32,000 nucleotides of DNA from Horticoccus luteus. GTDB taxonomy: Bacteria > Verrucomicrobiota > Verrucomicrobiia > Opitutales > Opitutaceae. The stretch spans positions 4,170,001 through 4,202,000 of the forward strand of contig NZ_CP080507.1 of the NCBI RefSeq assembly GCF_019464535.1, written 5' to 3'. The position numbers and the translations under genes were made by a program. A model generated the notes under the pieces. The model ran no database searches, was not told the origin of the DNA, and saw only the letters and a list, made by a program, of their open reading frames with translations. Numbering within the stretch: position 1 is the first letter of the stretch; every line of letters begins with the position of its first letter. Shown here piece by piece: positions 31,372 through 32,000 of this stretch.

Positions 31372-32000
31372 ATGCCCGCCGCGTCCTCCGACTCTTCGTC
31401 CGCGCCCGAGTGGGTTTTCCAGGCACGCGCGTTGAGTAAAATTTACGGTCATGGTGAAGCTGCCGTACACGCACTCGCGGGCATCGATCTCGCCTGCCGT
31501 CCCGGCGAGTTTGTCGTCGTGCTCGGCGCGTCCGGCAGTGGCAAATCCACGCTGCTCAACCTCCTCGGCGGCCTCGATACGCCGACCAGCGGCTCCTTGA
31601 TTTATCGCGACTGGGATCTCGCGCACGCGGACGAATCCACGCTCACCGACTATCGCCGCCACGCCGTCGGCTTCGTTTTCCAGTTCTACAATCTCATCCC
31701 CAGCCTCACCGCGCGGGAAAACGTCGGCCTCATCACCGAGATCGCCCCGAATCCCCTCGCCCCCGAAGATGCCCTCGCGCTCGTCGGCCTCAGCGCGCGT
31801 CTCGATCACTTTCCCGCCCAGCTCTCCGGCGGTGAACAACAACGCGTCGCCATCGCGCGCGCCATCGCCAAACGCCCCGCCGTGCTCCTCTGCGATGAGC
31901 CCACCGGCGCCCTCGACGTCCGCACCGGCCTCACCGTGCTCGACGCCATCCAGCGCATCAACCGCGAGGTCGGCACCCTCACGATGGTGATCACGCACAA
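31372..32000 (+). CDS. ABC transporter ATP-binding protein, MacB/LolD/FtsE-like (3' partial, runs off window)
   Basis: This gene is not in the ORF track, presumably because no stop lies within the window. My own translation from ATG 31372 is [55 protein letters not shown] (Walker A) ..[10 protein letters not shown] (Q-loop) ..[14 protein letters not shown] (signature) ..[11 protein letters not shown] (Walker B). Confidence 0.9.
   Translation, partial: MPAASSDSSSAPEWVFQARALSKIYGHGEAAVHALAGIDLACRPGEFVVVLGASGSGKSTLLNLLGGLDTPTSGSLIYRDWDLAHADESTLTDYRRHAVGFVFQFYNLIPSLTARENVGLITEIAPNPLAPEDALALVGLSARLDHFPAQLSGGEQQRVAIARAIAKRPAVLLCDEPTGALDVRTGLTVLDAIQRINREVGTLTMVITH

Noticed and set aside
31195-31998. 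267-aa minus-strand ORF at the window end
   Set aside because: It is antisense to a clear plus-strand ABC ATPase gene (Walker A, Q-loop, LSGGQ and Walker B all present from ATG 31372). That gene is missing from the track only because it has no stop in the window.
1-32000. Screened for CRISPR arrays, tRNA/rRNA genes, IS/transposase/integrase genes, prophage genes, toxin-antitoxin or known defence-system genes
   Set aside because: I saw no direct-repeat/spacer arrays, no cloverleaf-like or rRNA-like segments, and no recombinase, nuclease or defence-type motifs in any credible ORF. The window reads as a glycan-utilisation locus next to housekeeping genes.

Overview
GC-rich bacterial chromosomal window (visually mid-60s % GC, not computed). 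PEP-CTERM sorting signals, autotransporter-type beta-strand repeats and the overall gene content suggest a Verrucomicrobia (Opitutaceae-like) genome. This taxonomic guess and all family calls come from reading motifs in the translations, not from a database search. The 5' end is housekeeping: a partial UDP-glucuronate-4-epimerase-like SDR, a DUF486 membrane protein, and recA with a clean terminator. The remainder is a polysaccharide-utilisation-type accessory locus. (i) One operon encodes a 1180-aa secreted heparinase II/III-like lyase with extra C-terminal domains, followed by a TauE/SafE permease and a TIM-barrel sugar isomerase. (ii) A roughly 14-kb co-directional minus-strand cluster runs from 22215 down to 8008. 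In order it encodes a Na+/solute symporter, a TonB-dependent receptor, an SDR, a PMI-type cupin, a D-2-hydroxyacid dehydrogenase, a DUF2264-like protein, a heparinase II/III-like::alpha/beta-hydrolase fusion, a PEP-CTERM protein and an AlgL-like alginate lyase. Several junctions overlap or are only 1-19 nt apart. (iii) Further genes encode a small secreted protein, a PEP-CTERM protein full of autotransporter beta-strand repeats, a LacI-family regulator, a 1023-aa modular Ig-domain surface protein, a second copy of the 2-hydroxyacid dehydrogenase, and the start of an ABC ATPase gene that is missing from the ORF track. No rRNA, tRNA, CRISPR, transposase/integrase or recognisable defence/toxin genes were seen. 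Six observations merit follow-up. First, a near-identical AT-rich 12-mer lies in front of four transcription units, including the regulator gene. Second, a 14-mer is shared upstream of two other genes. Third, a 25-bp GC-rich hairpin lies downstream of recA. Fourth and fifth, two unnamed protein modules recur across genes of the locus. Sixth, the catabolic enzyme set for a presumably acetylated uronic-acid polymer is non-canonical. I see no clear evidence for a wholly new class of system; the interest here is moderate and hypothesis-level.
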